Assembly: GCA_951406725.2 (NCBI GenBank) | Contig: OX597816.1 | Span: 153,884,001-153,948,000, forward strand | Length of the DNA: 64,000 nucleotides | Reading direction: 5' to 3' | Source: Octopus vulgaris | Taxonomy: Eukaryota | Notes under the pieces: model-generated | Database searches by the model: none | Seen by the model: only the letters and a program-made list of their open reading frames with translations | What the model was told of the DNA's origin: nothing | Made by a program: the position numbers and the translations under genes | Shown here: in pieces, positions 40,720-53,943 of the stretch | Layout: every line of letters begins with the position of its first letter | Numbering within the stretch: position 1 is the stretch's first letter

Positions 40720-41205
40720 TCTCACTTCGCATTCTTTACATGGCTTGCACTGCTCTTACAAGCCATTCATTTACATCTACTTTTCTTAAAGCCCACCAAA
40801 CTATAAATTATAGTGCCTTTCAAAGGTTTCCTGCAAGTCAACAAATACTAGATAAAGAGGTTTATTCTTAGCTAAAAGTTTTTCATACAGTTGCCTCACT
40901 ATAAAAAGAGCAACAGAAGTACTATGGCCTGGTACAAATCCAAACTGCATTTTATCTAAACTGATTTTCCTCCTAATCATTTGTGTTAATACTCTTTTTG
41001 TCACTTTAATAATCTGATGTCTCTGTTGTTGCTTGTTTCCATTGCCCTTTTAACAGTTGGCAATTTTTGCTATTACACCAATCTTTGGGTATGACACCTC
41101 CCTATTTTACCTGGTTGATTATGTGAGTTACTTATTTGATCCCCATTTCATCAGATATTTTCAGCATTTCAGCAACTATTCCTGGTGGGTCCGTCTTCAT
41201 ATCTC
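40720..41205 (-). mobile_element. RTE LINE RT fragment
   Basis: QFGFVPGHSTSVALFIVRQLYEKLLAKNKPLYLVFVDL. Confidence 0.85.
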
Positions 41206-41849
41206 TTAAGTGCTTGTTTGCTTGCTTCACATTCTTACTTGATGGGACTGGGGTTATCCCAGGTTAGTGGTCCCAGAGACAGCATGCAGTCTACCTGTAC
41301 TTTCCTTCGCTGACAGTCCCATGTCAGCCCCTGTGCATCCTCCAAAGTGACGTCGAGCCTCTAGAGATCTTCCTTAATCACATCCAGTCATCTGGTGCAG
41401 GGTCTGCCATGAAGTATCTTCCAGCCTGCAGCTGCTGCGCCACATGAGAGTAAGGCCTTGGCAGGATGATCTCTTAAGTGAATTTTTGTTAATGAATCTT
41501 ACTGATAATCTAATATTGTTGTGCTGTTTAACCCCAAAGAGCAAACTTATCAATGGCATCACTGCTTTGTCTCTCCTCGAAATTAAGAGGTGCTAAGATT
41601 ACAACTGATGTGTATTTTCCTTTTTTATGATGATATGATGTGCGTTAAGGTGGATTTGGCTGCAATTTCTAGCAGGGCAAACAAACATAGAAGTTTCCTT
41701 TTTGACTCCAGGTAATATAAAGTTAATGATGGTGGTAATTATAATCTCTGTTAATATAAAATAAAAAAATTCAAACCATTAACTATATTGTGAAGTAGTG
41801 CTATGTATTTCTAACTTTTGTTTGTTTTTGTTCTTTTACTGTACGTCAG

Positions 41850-41939
41850 GTATTCGCTGTGGTTCTTGGTACTATGAAGCAAAAATAGACGACATGCCAC
41901 TTGACACTGCCACCCGGATTGGATGGGCTCAGCCACTTG
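41850..41939 (+). CDS. ASH2L: ASH2L exon, SPRY: [30 protein letters not shown]
   Basis: cgtcag acceptor and gttagt donor. Matches [30 protein letters not shown]. Confidence 0.96.
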
Positions 41940-42493
41940 GTTAGTATTGGTAGTTGATATTTGTATATAGTATAGATGTTTGTGTATATAGTGAGCACCT
42001 AATATGCGTAATAGTAAAATTCCATAGATTTGAAGCAGCAACTTAGGTTCACTTTAGTTCACTTTCTCTGCTAATACCTCTGGAAGATTATCAAAACTTC
42101 ATTTCTACATTCTATAAAGTCATATCAGATGTGATATTGAGGCATATGCCACTGCAGTACATTGCGCCATGCATCATTTGTCAACATCTGCTCAGGTTGT
42201 CTCAGGCAACCCTCCAATGTCCCATTCAGTTCCTCATCGTGATCATGAGACATGTGGCCAGCCAACACAAGCCATCACCGTAGCTGGATCCTCAGAAAAG
42301 AGGACACAGGATCCCACTCAGAAAACCAAGCAACATGATCAAACAGTCTAAGCTGATGCTCCCAAATCATACTGGCAATAGGATACATCCATAAAGTCAA
42401 CAAGGTTATTTAGATGTATATCTGTGATCACAAAAGATCAAGTTATTTATGTGGAACAAATATTTACTCTTAGTTATTTGTATGTGTGTATAT

Positions 42494-42772
42494 TCGAGCA
42501 CAGTTGTTGCCAGTGCCGCTGGACTAGCTCCTGTGCAAGTAGCACATGAAAACACCTTTTGAGTGTGGTCGTTGCCAGAACTGCCTGACTGGCCCTCGTG
42601 CCGGTGGCACGTAAAAAGCACCCACTACACTCTCGGTGTAGTTGGCGTTAGGAAGGGCATCCAGCTGTAGAAACTTTGCCAGATCAGACTGAACCTGGTG
42701 CAGCCTCTGGATCACCAGTCCTCAGTCAAACCGTCCAACCCATGCCAGCATGGAAAGCGGACGTTAAACGAA
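42494..42772 (+). mobile_element. RTE-tail element (2 units)
   Basis: Same family motifs. Confidence 0.85.
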
Positions 42773-44668
42773 CAATGATCTCATGTCCAATAATTTTATC
42801 AGTCTTTGGACAGTGAAACTTGTTTAAATGTTGCCTTACTTATTGATACTACATTGATATATGCATTAATTTATATGTATGATACATACACAACACACAT
42901 TGGAAATTAGGAATTTATGCCAATTTCAGGCGCAATGGTTCATGGACAGGAAACTGCTTCCAATAGAGAATCAAAGTCTATGTCTCTGTATTAGCTTTAG
43001 TTATTTTCATTATCATCATCATCACCATCTCTGGTATGGACTGAAGATCATAACTAATCAAGCTGAAAGGCCATAGACAGCCAACTAAGTACTTCTGGAA
43101 TTTATCTTATCATCTGCACTGTGTTGTATCCCTAGCCAAGATACTTAATTCTTAATTACTGAGCGTTGCTCTAAGTTGATACTCATTGGAAGAAGCTGCA
43201 CAGTACTCAGTTGAAGTCCTCCTTTAAACCTAAAAAAAGAGCAACAGGAACATGCCCAGATGTATTACTCCTTTGAATTACTTCAAAGAAGACCAGATCT
43301 TGAATGATTTATGTGGAATTCAAGTTTGGGGTTACAAGACCAACTACCATTACTACAATACAACCTGGTTCTTGATGCCTAGTTGAAACCAATTTATTTA
43401 TGCTAACTTCAGATCTTTTGAGAACCATGAGCATCACGCAATACCATATCTTTCATCAAATATAAATCTGAGATTTTGAACATATATTTATAAATCATTA
43501 ATGAATGAGGACATGTTAATAGATATTTGTGTATGTATCCACAGTAATATTCATACTTCTAGAATAACTTTATAATTATTCAAAGAGCTTGAATCAGATA
43601 TATGATTAGTGTTAAAGATTGTTTTTGTAGTACTTGTGCAACCCAGGTCTTCTATTTATCAGGAATACCTAGTCTCAGTAATAAGAAACTACTTTGCTTG
43701 AACTTTTGCATTTAATTAGCATTTTTACTGTAACTATGCAACTTTGTTGTGGGATGTTTTCTCTTTATTTTTTTTTTCTCTTAGATTTCCAGCAATCATA
43801 TAGTCAGTATTCTAAAGTGAGATTTTGTGGTTGGTGGGGAAATATGGAAGTTACATTAAATATACAAAACACTTATGTAAATGTTTTTTCCTTTGTAAGT
43901 TATTTGAAGTAAAAAAAAAAAAAGTTCATTTCCATTTCTGGTGTCCATGAGAAAGTCATGTACAGTCTGATATCTCATTTTCCATCACTGATAAATCTAT
44001 GTGTGTAAATAAAAAATTATCATCCTTTTGATTAGAATAATCCACATAATAGATTACCATAGTAAATATGTTAGAATGTTTAGTTTCATTGCTCTTGGTT
44101 ATAAGCTCAATTTTACTTTTACCTCATTTCAGAAGTCAATAAATTATTGACTATATCTAGTCTGATGAACTATTGCATTTTATGCTAAAATAGGAAATCA
44201 TTTTCATAATCAAAAAGCTAATGGAATTTGGTATTCAGTCCATCTCTCTATTCCCCAAGTTCAAATTCCCATTAGATTTGATTTCATTTTCATCCCACTT
44301 AGGTAACTGAAATAACTGTCATTCTTGCATTTTTTATTCAATCCATTATATCTGTTCTTAGTCAAATCAGTGCCAGTGGGTGAAATTATTTGAAAAATTA
44401 AAAGTGTTTAAGGAAAGTGAGACTGTAGAGTAGCAGATTGAGTTTAACACATTAGTTAAAGACTTCTTAGCAATGAATTCAAATCTCACAAGAATTAATT
44501 TTGCTTTTCATCCTTACATTAATTTGAAAAGTTTATTTCATTTCTATCTTTATACCAATATAAGATATGGTCATTAACATATTTGTTTCTGTTTATTACT
44601 TTGGAGTATATGCCCTCCTTCTTAACACAATTTCTTTATTTCTTTTAACATGAAAAAACCACACACAG

Positions 44669-44862
44669 GGAATGTCCAAGCTCCATGCGGTTATGATAAG
44701 TTTAGCTATTCTTGGAGGTCAAAGAAAGGGACAAGCTTCCATCAGAGTCGTGGCAAACATTTTTCATTTGGATATGGTGAAGGTGATGTTTTAGGTTTCT
44801 ACATTTATTTACCCCAGCCAGATGATCCAGGGAAACTATTACCACCAACATACAAAGATAAG
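44669..44862 (+). CDS. ASH2L: ASH2L exon, SPRY: [32 protein letters not shown]...PPTYKDK (last ASH2L exon found in window)
   Basis: Matches [31 protein letters not shown]...TYKDK. cacag acceptor and gtagga donor. Confidence 0.96.
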
Positions 44863-45984
44863 GTAGGAAATTTTGATTCTTGTAGTTTTATAGACACACA
44901 CATTTTTTTTTTTTTTCAGTTTGTACTTTAATTTTTGTTCCTTGTGAAGTGGCACGAATGACATTTTCAATCTATAAATCTTGCAGTATTTAGTTTGATT
45001 CCTCTACATTTTCAGCTCAAATTCCACTAGAGTCATTTTACCTCCCATACTTCTAGGATCATGTACCAATGTGTCCTTCCTATTTTTGAGACAGTAGAGT
45101 ATGATTTTAGGGAGATTTAACTGCTATTTCAAGTTGATTAAATAACCACAAAGTGGCTTCCACTCTCAACATAGTCTTGTTAAACTGTGTTTAAGTTTTT
45201 TAACTCTTCTGAAATGTCGTACTGAGATTTGACACCCCAGCCTGTCTGTGTGTAATATCATCAACAGTAGCATCATCGTTTTATGTCCACAATCCTTTCT
45301 GGTATAAGTTTGATAGTTTGACAGGATCCAGCAAGCTGAAGGAATATAACTTGCACCAACATCTTCAGTTTGGTATACTTTCTACACCTTATTACCTCTC
45401 CAAACACCAACCACTTTACAAAATATACCAAGTGTATTTTTTATTGTGGTACCAGCACAATAGAGGTTGTCTCCCCCTCAGCAAAACAAAAGTGTTCTCT
45501 CAATCCTGCATTGTCTCAACAACCACTTACAGATTTGTATCGGCTACTTTTCTTGTAGCTCTAGTGCGGTATCTTTGTAACTAATAAGACTAAAGAGCCC
45601 CACAACTATAAGGGAGAATAAAAGAGAGAGTAATGACATTAGATGAGGTGTTGAGAGACAGTGAAAGATGATTGAAGAACAGATTTTTGTTGTGAGAGAG
45701 TGGTAATGAATAGCATGACAGAAGACAGTGTTGGGAGAATAATGAAAGGGACAGAGGAAAGGAGAAGGGAAATATTAGTATTAGGGGTCAGTGAGAAAGA
45801 GATGAAGGCTGGTAAGGATGATGGGGTAGGTTAAGTTGGAGTGGATCAAATGCTACCCTGCATTACAAGCATGAATAAGAGTGGGTGGAGGGGTGCATGA
45901 AAGAGAGATAGAAATGAGGATGACAAGAAACTAGAGAAGGTATGTGAAGAAGATAAATGAAAGAAATAAGAAGTTTTCTCAAGT

Positions 45985-46392
45985 ACTGCATGGCTGTGTA
46001 GTTAAGAAGTCCACTTCCCATCCACATGATTTTTGTGTCAGTTCTTTGTAGCCTCTTGGGTAAGTGTCTTCTACAATAGCCCCAGACTGACCAAAGCCTT
46101 TTAAGTGGGTTTGGTTGATGGAAACTGAAAGAAATCAGTTGTGTATATGTGTCTCCTTGTCTTGACATAGCATGGTAATTGTAAATGAGCATCACTGTCA
46201 CACAAGTGGTATCCTCCATTTCCACTCTTCCATGGAAACATGTCCAGTCTTAGAGAAATATTACATCACTTGCAAATGGGTGAGAGTTGAGAGTTGGTAA
46301 CAGGTAAGGCATCCAACCATTGAAAATCTGCCTCAGTGAACTGTTTCTAATTCAGTTAACCATAGAAAAGTAAACATTAAAATGATGATGAT
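45985..46392 (+). mobile_element. tRNA-derived SINE (family A head, RTE-like (GAT)n tail)
   Basis: catggctgtgtagttaagaag head and gtgtcttctacaatagccc body. Related copies near 49560-49920 and 50700-51050. Confidence 0.65.
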
Positions 46393-46535
46393 TATGCATA
46401 TTGCCAGTCAATATGGTCTCTTTTCTGATGTTCAGCATCTTAACATGAATTGTCACCACTTCGTCATTTGTCTTTCAAGATTTTTGTCTTCTATAGGTAC
46501 AGTCTGCTTTGAGCACTCAGTACTTTTTCCTCTTA

Positions 46536-46642
46536 TCATTTAGGTCATTCATACTAACTTTATATGTCCAGTAAAGCAGGCTCATTTCATTTAGGTCATG
46601 TACACTAACTTTATATGTCCAGTAAAGCAGGCTCATTTCATT
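46536..46642. repeat. 51-bp tandem duplication (2 copies)
   Basis: tcatttaggtcat..actaactttatatgtccagtaaagcaggctcatt, twice. Confidence 0.9.
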
Positions 46643-47017
46643 CTAGTCCTCACACATCTTTTGCAATCAAGGCCCAAATCTTACTATGATGTAACATTGC
46701 ACTCTGTACATAAACATCATATAATCTGCCCTTCACTCTGAGACAGGTTCTTTGTTGCCAGGAGAATTGATAACTCTGAGCTTTTCCCAAGTCTAAAAAC
46801 TATGCTTTCAGAGCAACCACTCCTACAGCTAATTAGGTAGGTCATTTAGGTAACAGAAACTATTGACTACACCTAGGGAGCACTCTGAGCAGTTGAGTGA
46901 ATCTGTTCCCCAAATGTTTTTCAGGTTTAATGCCCCTATGTTCCTGCCACATATGAAGGCTACCATTGCTGATCATACTGTACCTGTTGTACAGTCATCA
47001 TATTCATAAGACATGTC

Positions 47018-47232
47018 ACCAGCCTCGTCTGGCACCTGTGTCGGTGGCACATAAAATCACCCACTACACTCTCGGAGTGGTTGGCGTTAGGAAGGGCATC
47101 CAGCTGTAGAAACACTGCCAGATCTGACTGGACTGGTGCAGCTTTCGGGCTCCCCAGACCCCAGTTGAACCGTCCAACCCATGCTAGCATGGAAAGCGGA
47201 CGTTAAATGATGATGATGATGATGATGATGAT
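47018..47232 (+). mobile_element. RTE-tail element (1 unit, (GAT)n tail)
   Basis: Nearly identical to 58420-58592. Confidence 0.88.
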
Positions 47233-49001
47233 GTATAAAGTTTCTACTTATTCCTTTACTGTATACCAAGCATAGTTATTTCCCTTTCTCAAATACTCAC
47301 TTCCTCCTCTTCCTCCTCCTCTCTCTCTCTCGTTAAGCTGTATATCTCTACTGCTTCAGTTTCCATTAGCCTTCATCCCTTTATAGTTTGAAAATTACAG
47401 CTGATAGAAAATCCATACTAGGAATTTAACAGTTTTTTTTTCTTCTCTTTCTACCTCTTTCCATTCTTAGAAATTTTAAGTATTCATAACTTACAGATGA
47501 TAATCTATAACTACAAACAACTTCTAGAAATTCACAATTTATATGTATATGATAACCTATAAGTTATAAATAACTTGTTGAATTTTATACTTTATAGGAT
47601 GGTTTTGCTAGGAATTCAAAACTCCACCCTAATTTCATTTTTCCGTTTTTAAGCTGTATATTTAACAACTGATACCCTGGTTTTGTATTCATTTGAGAAT
47701 ATTGTAAAATTGAAACATACTGCAGTTTGTAATGAAGCATGTATGTATATGTTTGTGTGTTCACACACATGTATATATGTCAGAATACCTTGTATGAGCA
47801 AGCCCCATCTCTTTTGTCTCCTCTTCTCCCACCCTAACACTGTTCCTTCCATTATTCTTTCCATTACCCTCCTCTCTCAATAAACCTCTTCTTTTGCTTT
47901 GCAAGTTGCAGTGCCTCAAAAAGTACCCAATACACTCCAATTGATAACTGATTCAAACTGTTGCAATGCAGGGTTTGAGAGAATTCTTTAGTCATGGCAA
48001 AGCAGTCAGTATAGTTCTGGTGCACTATACACCTAGTACACACGGTGACGTAGTTGTTAGTAGGAAAGACATCCAGTCTAGAAGCCAAAAATGAGACATT
48101 GGAGGAAGACTGACCCATGGAATCTCTTGACACATTGAATTCTATCAAACCATCCTACCCATGCCAGCATGGAAAATGGACATCAAATGATGATAGAATG
48201 GATTCCGCAAGCTGCATCCCAAACTTCCAAACAAGAACAGCAATAATTCTAAATAAGAACTGATGCAGCATAAAGAGGATTCGTTAGTCTTTCTCTCTCT
48301 ACTTTCTTTCTTTCTCCTCTCTCCTCTCTCTCTCTCTTGCTACAACATGATAAAATATACCTAAAAAGTTAGTCTTCCCTTTTAAGGTACCAATTTTTGT
48401 ATAATTCTCTTGATCCACTCCCACTCATTATGAAGAAATGAAATTCAAAGCTGACCTTTACAAACAGGAATTGAACTTGGATTTAGCGGAGTACAGTAGA
48501 ATGAAAGTAAATAGTATAAGATGATAATTACTCTGATGTGCTACTGTTTTTGACAACTCACCAGCCTGCAAATCAGGAAGTATGATTTGCTGTGACTGAA
48601 AATCTAACCCAGAATTTTATTTCAAAACAAAATATAAAATAAATAACACGAAAAATAATCAAAAAATTAAAAGAAAACAAGACTAACAAAATAAAGTTAC
48701 ATAACTGTATGTGTTAGCTTATATATAAATATATATATATATGTGTGTGTGTGTATATATATATATATATCAAATATATAATATGTGTGCACATATAGAT
48801 ATATACATATTATTTATTAATTTATTATTTAACAGTTTTTTTTTTTTTTTACATAAAACACTTTAATCATTGTTCTGATATACTTTTAACAAATTCAAAA
48901 ACAATATACTCTGTGGAATTGAAAAGAAAGCAGGCATGTGATGTGAAAGTTTACAGATTAAAAAAATATTTTGAATAATCACAGCTTCAGATAATTTATA
49001 G

Positions 49002-49069
<68 letters not shown>

Positions 49070-52000
49070 GGTATTTTGATGGGTACAAATCAGTTTGAAG
49101 TGTAAGAAAATGTACAGCACAAAGTAGATGTCTGCCCTTTATGATGATAGCTATTAACAGCCTGTTTTCTAGTTATTATATCACTTTTTCTTTGAAATGT
49201 CATTGGAAAATTTTTTTCTTTTAAAAAGTTTTTTTTTTCTTTTTGTTGCTGTTGATTTGCTTCTTACTCTTGTGTCTGAGAGAGTTAAATCATTACAGTG
49301 AAAATGAGTAATTTTTTCTCATATGAGAGTGTGTGTGTTTTAGGAACTGTCTACTTGTAGAGCTACTGTGTGTTGTTATTGTTTAGCTCTGATCAAAGAC
49401 ACTACTACTGTGACCTCTTTCTTTTTTACATTCAGAATTACATTTTTCCATGTATCCTTATTTTAGGACAGGAGAGAATGATTTGAGAAAATATGGCTAT
49501 TTCTAAAAAGTTCAGTTACCATTTAGAGTCTACTTCATTGGCTCGTGTGTGTGTGTGTAGGTGTAGCTGTGAAGTTAAGAAGTTCACTTGCTAACCACAG
49601 GTTTCAAGTTCAACCTCACTATGCGACATCTTGGGCAAGTGTCTTCTTTTACAGTGTGAGAGGATTTTGGTGTGTGCAAACTGAGAGAAGCCTATCAAGT
49701 GTGTGTTTGTGACTCTTTGTGCTGACATTGCGTAATTATAATAAACAACTATCCCCATCATCAAATGGTGTCTCTCATTTCCAATTTTCTATGAAAACAT
49801 ACCATTGGGAAATATTATCTTGCTTAAAAATAGGTATGGGTTGGAAACAAGAAGGACATCTGGATAGAAAATCTGCCTCACTCAATTCTGTCAGACACAT
49901 GTTAGCATAGTAAACTGGCCAAAGTAATAACTATAGATATATATATACATTCCCAATATAGACCCCCATATGATGCTTTTGTTGAATACTTAAAGTGACA
50001 AGTGGTAGTTGGATAGAATTTCTGTGCAGTAATGATTACAGAGTGGGAAGTCAGTATCTGGAAACGTTATATAGAATAGCGTGAGTGTATGTGTGTCTAT
50101 GTATGAGGTTTTATGTGTTTTTATTTGAAGAACAATTAACTGTATTTCATTTGGGATATCAGTTTTCAATGTTTCTTTCATTTTTATGTCTACTTTTCTT
50201 TGTTTGCCTTAGACAGAATTCATTGAGATAGATTTTCATAACTGCATGCCATTCCCATCATCAACCCACACTTGCTTCCTTCCATGGTAATACTTCCCTA
50301 TGCCCAGACAATATTTCCACAAAGATTGGAAATGAAGGACACTGCTTGCATGATGGTAACAACTATTGTGCAATATCAAAACAAGGAGACACACACAAAC
50401 ACACAGGTCTTCTTTCAGTTTTCGCCAGCCTGTTGAAGACACATTTCCAGGATACCATGCTGTGAAACTAAACCTGAACTCATGTTATTAATGTTTAGCA
50501 CTAACTGAATAGACAGCATAAATTTAGAACAAAACTGTACATTTCTTAACTAATTAACTCTTGTGAAGATATACCAAGCATTATATTAGCATGTTTTAAT
50601 AACTACCCAAACACACAGACATGTGTATGTGACTGATAGGGAGTGAACATACATGTAGATATATACATGCAAGCATATATCATCCATACAAATGAGATAC
50701 AGGCATGACTACATAGTTACAAAGTTTGCTTTGCAACCATATCATTTCAAGTTCAATCCTGCTGCATGGCACCTTGTGCTGCCAACCAATGTCTTTTGAG
50801 CAAATTGGTAGACAAAGCTGTATAAAACATGTTATTGTATATATATGTGTGTGTATATGTCTTGTCTTGAAATTTCAGCACTAATTGTGAATGAAATCAC
50901 CATTCATACCAACAGGGTCATTTGCAGTCTTCCATGAAAATATGCCTGGCCTTTGATCTTTTCATTGTTTAAGGAACTAGGGGAAGTATTACTTTGATTG
51001 GAAATTAGTGAGGGTTGGTCACATAAATAGTGGATATTAAAATGATAATGATGGTGTGTTTGTGTGTGTGTGTGTGTGTGTAAGAAAGGAAATTTCTGCA
51101 ATGAAACTAAGAATATTAAGCTTTACAAAAGATTTCATGATTTACAGTAGTAGTGGTAGTAATAACGGTGGTGGTAATTGTAATATTTGTAACGTTACAG
51201 TAGTGATGTGATACTGGTTCAGGAAAGAAGTGGTTACGGGTGTGTTGGTAGCAGGAATGGTTTGGTGATGGTTGTTGCTATTGTAACTTGGTGGTGGCTT
51301 AGAAATTTGTCGTCTCCCACACAATTGAACTTGATTCAACCTCACTTGGATAATATCAAAAAGAGAGGGAGTTTATGGAAGGAAGAGAAAAAGTCAAAAA
51401 GAACAACTTACTGATGAAACTTAGCATTTAATTGTAAAGATGCTCAAAAGCTTTCAATTTTTGCTTTTGAGCAAGGCACTTGTCTGGCTGAATTTATCTG
51501 TAGCTGAGATAGCGACTTTTAGTTGCAATTCATGTAGAAACACTATCACAGATTCCTTTGGCCAAATAACATTCATCTACTTAATCATGTTTACGAACAC
51601 ACATGCCCTTCCCTTCTTAGACCCTCCAATTATCAAATTTAAAATGTATAAAATTTTACTGCTCTGTAGCATAACTTATTGGTTGACTAGCTCAAACCAA
51701 AGCATAAGCATCATAGTTATCCATGTTTATTACCTTTAAAATTCCAAGCTCATTCATAAGATAATTTATTTCTTTTGTCTACACTCATGGCCAACTTTTG
51801 CTAGGAATGCAGCATAGCTGATTAAATAGATTCACATTGTATTACTGGTACTTACTTTACTGCCTTGACCATCCCCATAATAAACAAGTAACAATTATCT
51901 GATGAAATATGAAGCTAAGCTGTAGTCCAATGAGCTGTTTCTATCATTACTACTACTACAATGGCTGTAGGGCAAAAACGAAATTATAGAATACTGAAGT

Positions 52001-52992
52001 AAATGCCTAGTAAGTATATCAGTGTTGTACCTGTCAAAAACTACTGTCCGTTTAATTAGTTATACCCTTCCCCTCAAAAGTCCTGTGCCTAAATTAGAAA
52101 CAATTATTATTATCATCATCATTGTAAAAAGGGCAGAGCTTGTCAAGATGGGTATTTAATTATGTCTCTTTACATTCCGGCTTCAAATCCCATCAAGATT
52201 CATTTAAACTTTCATCCTTCTGAGTTAAGTACTGAGTATCCACATAATTGACTAACCCCTCCCCACAAATGAAACTTGGTGCCTGTATAAAAATTCATTA
52301 TGTTTACTATCATAGAATTCATTTGCTGTACTATTGGAAGTAAACTAGCAATTTGAATCTGTAACCCAGTTGCTTAACCTTGTCATTTCACTCTACATTG
52401 ATTCCTTTTAGTAAGACATGACCATCATGCAATTTCTTTCTCCTTTCCCTCTGCAATTCTTAGACTTTGGCCAAGTATAAAATCAGAATTGGGAGAAGGG
52501 TAAACCTTTTTCATTTTATTATTTTTTTTTTCATATAATTCTTTGACATTTAAAAAAAATTGCTTGTGCAATATGGTTATCAGGTTAGAGTGTGGGTTTA
52601 AAAGACAGCTAACCTCATTGTTACAGTCATATCTCTCCGCCAAGTAATAAATATTACACTACTTGTCTGGATCTGCACAGTTATAAAAATGGGAGGACAT
52701 ATCTCGACCTCTTGTTGAATTATTATAAAATTTATCCAGTTTTAGAAACAAAACAAACAAAAAAAAAGACAAACACTTCTTCCAAAGATTCATATGCAAA
52801 TATCCAGATTTGCAAAAAGAATTTCTGCCCATGCTAGCATGGGATGGCGGGAATAATTATTTAAATCTGTACAAAAAAAGGCTGCATTTAAATTTTTGTT
52901 GGGTTTTTCTTTTTGCGTTGTTGCATTCTTTTTATGTTTTATTCTTGTTTTATTTTTCATTAGTGTAAATGTAGGCTATATTTTAAATGTTT

Positions 52993-52995
<3 letters not shown>

Positions 52996-53065
<70 letters not shown>

Positions 53066-53080
53066 TTCTCTCTCTCTCCC
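52996..53080. repeat. (CT)n microsatellite in the presumed 3' UTR of the minus-strand gene
   Basis: Seen directly, about 40 nt after the TGA. Confidence 0.95.
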
Positions 53081-53117
53081 TCTCAATCAATCAAAGAAAA
53101 ATATATGTTATTGTGTA

Positions 53118-53294
53118 TCAAAGCTTGGTTTGCATGCTTTCTTCCTCTTCTGCCTCTTCCTCCTCTACCTCTTCTTCTGCCGATGCCTCCTGTGCCGCTG
53201 CTTCTTCTTCCATCACGTTACCCTCCTCTTCTGTTTCTGTGATTGTGGGTTTAGCTTCCATTAACATATCACTTTTTTCTTCCATAATCTCCAC
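53118..53294 (-). CDS. Glu-rich gene terminal coding exon: VEIMEEKSDMLMEAKPTITETEEEG...EEEESMQTKL*
   Basis: ttttgtag acceptor, phase 0, 59 codons ending in TGA. A (GA)n tract follows in the presumed 3' UTR. Confidence 0.82.
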   Translation of the reverse strand: MEIMEEKSDMLMEAKPTITETEEEGNVMEEEAAAQEASAEEEVEEEEAEEEESMQTKL

Positions 53295-53539
53295 CTACAA
53301 AAGTAATTGGTTTATAAACTTATTAAAATTAAATATCGTTATTATAAAAACAGCATGCCAAACAAAATGCTTTGCAGCGTTTCTTCCAGCTTTACATTCT
53401 GAGTACAAATACCTGCCTTTCAATCTTTAGGGGTCTAGCACTGGGGTTGATGTAATCACCTAGTGTCTTCACCCAAAATTTCAGGTCTTATGTCTATAGT
53501 AGAAAGAATTGTTACTATTATAAAATATCAAATATTGCT

Positions 53540-53943
53540 ATCAATGGAAATTGTAGCTGTGATACCAGTGCTGGTGGCACGTAAGAGAACCATCCAAACG
53601 TGGCCATTGCCAGCGCCACCCCAACTGGCCTCCGTGCCAGTGGCACATAAAAAGCACCATCCGATTGTGGCTGTTGCCAGCCTCGTCTGGCCCCCGTGCC
53701 GGTGGCACGTAAAAAGCACCATCCGATCATGGCCGTTTGCCAGCCTCATCTGGCACCTGTGCAGGTGGCACATAAAAAGCACCCACTACACTCATGGAGT
53801 GGTTGGCATTAGGAAGGGCATCTAGCTGTAGAAACACTGCCAGATCAGACTGGGCCTGGCGCAGCCTTCCGGCTTCCCAGACCCCAATTGAACCGTCCAA
53901 CCCATGCTAGCATGGAAAAAGGACGTTAAATGATGATGATGAT
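53540..53943 (+). mobile_element. RTE-tail element (4 units)
   Basis: Reverse complement of the 9431-9830 family. Confidence 0.88.

Noticed and set aside
41940-44668. Possible U12-type intron (tcttttaac near the acceptor, no adjacent pyrimidine tract)
   Set aside because: The donor is gttagt, not the U12 consensus GTATCCTT.
52682-52745. Plus-frame YKNG...YPVL resembling the missing ASH2L FYKNG...FPAI exon
   Set aside because: The intervening residues do not match the conserved sequence and there is no suitable splice context. Likely chance within the antisense 3' UTR.
52987-53430. Ser-rich plus-strand ORF (and similar ORFs at 62865-63154)
   Set aside because: Antisense shadows of the Glu-rich minus-strand exons plus microsatellite.
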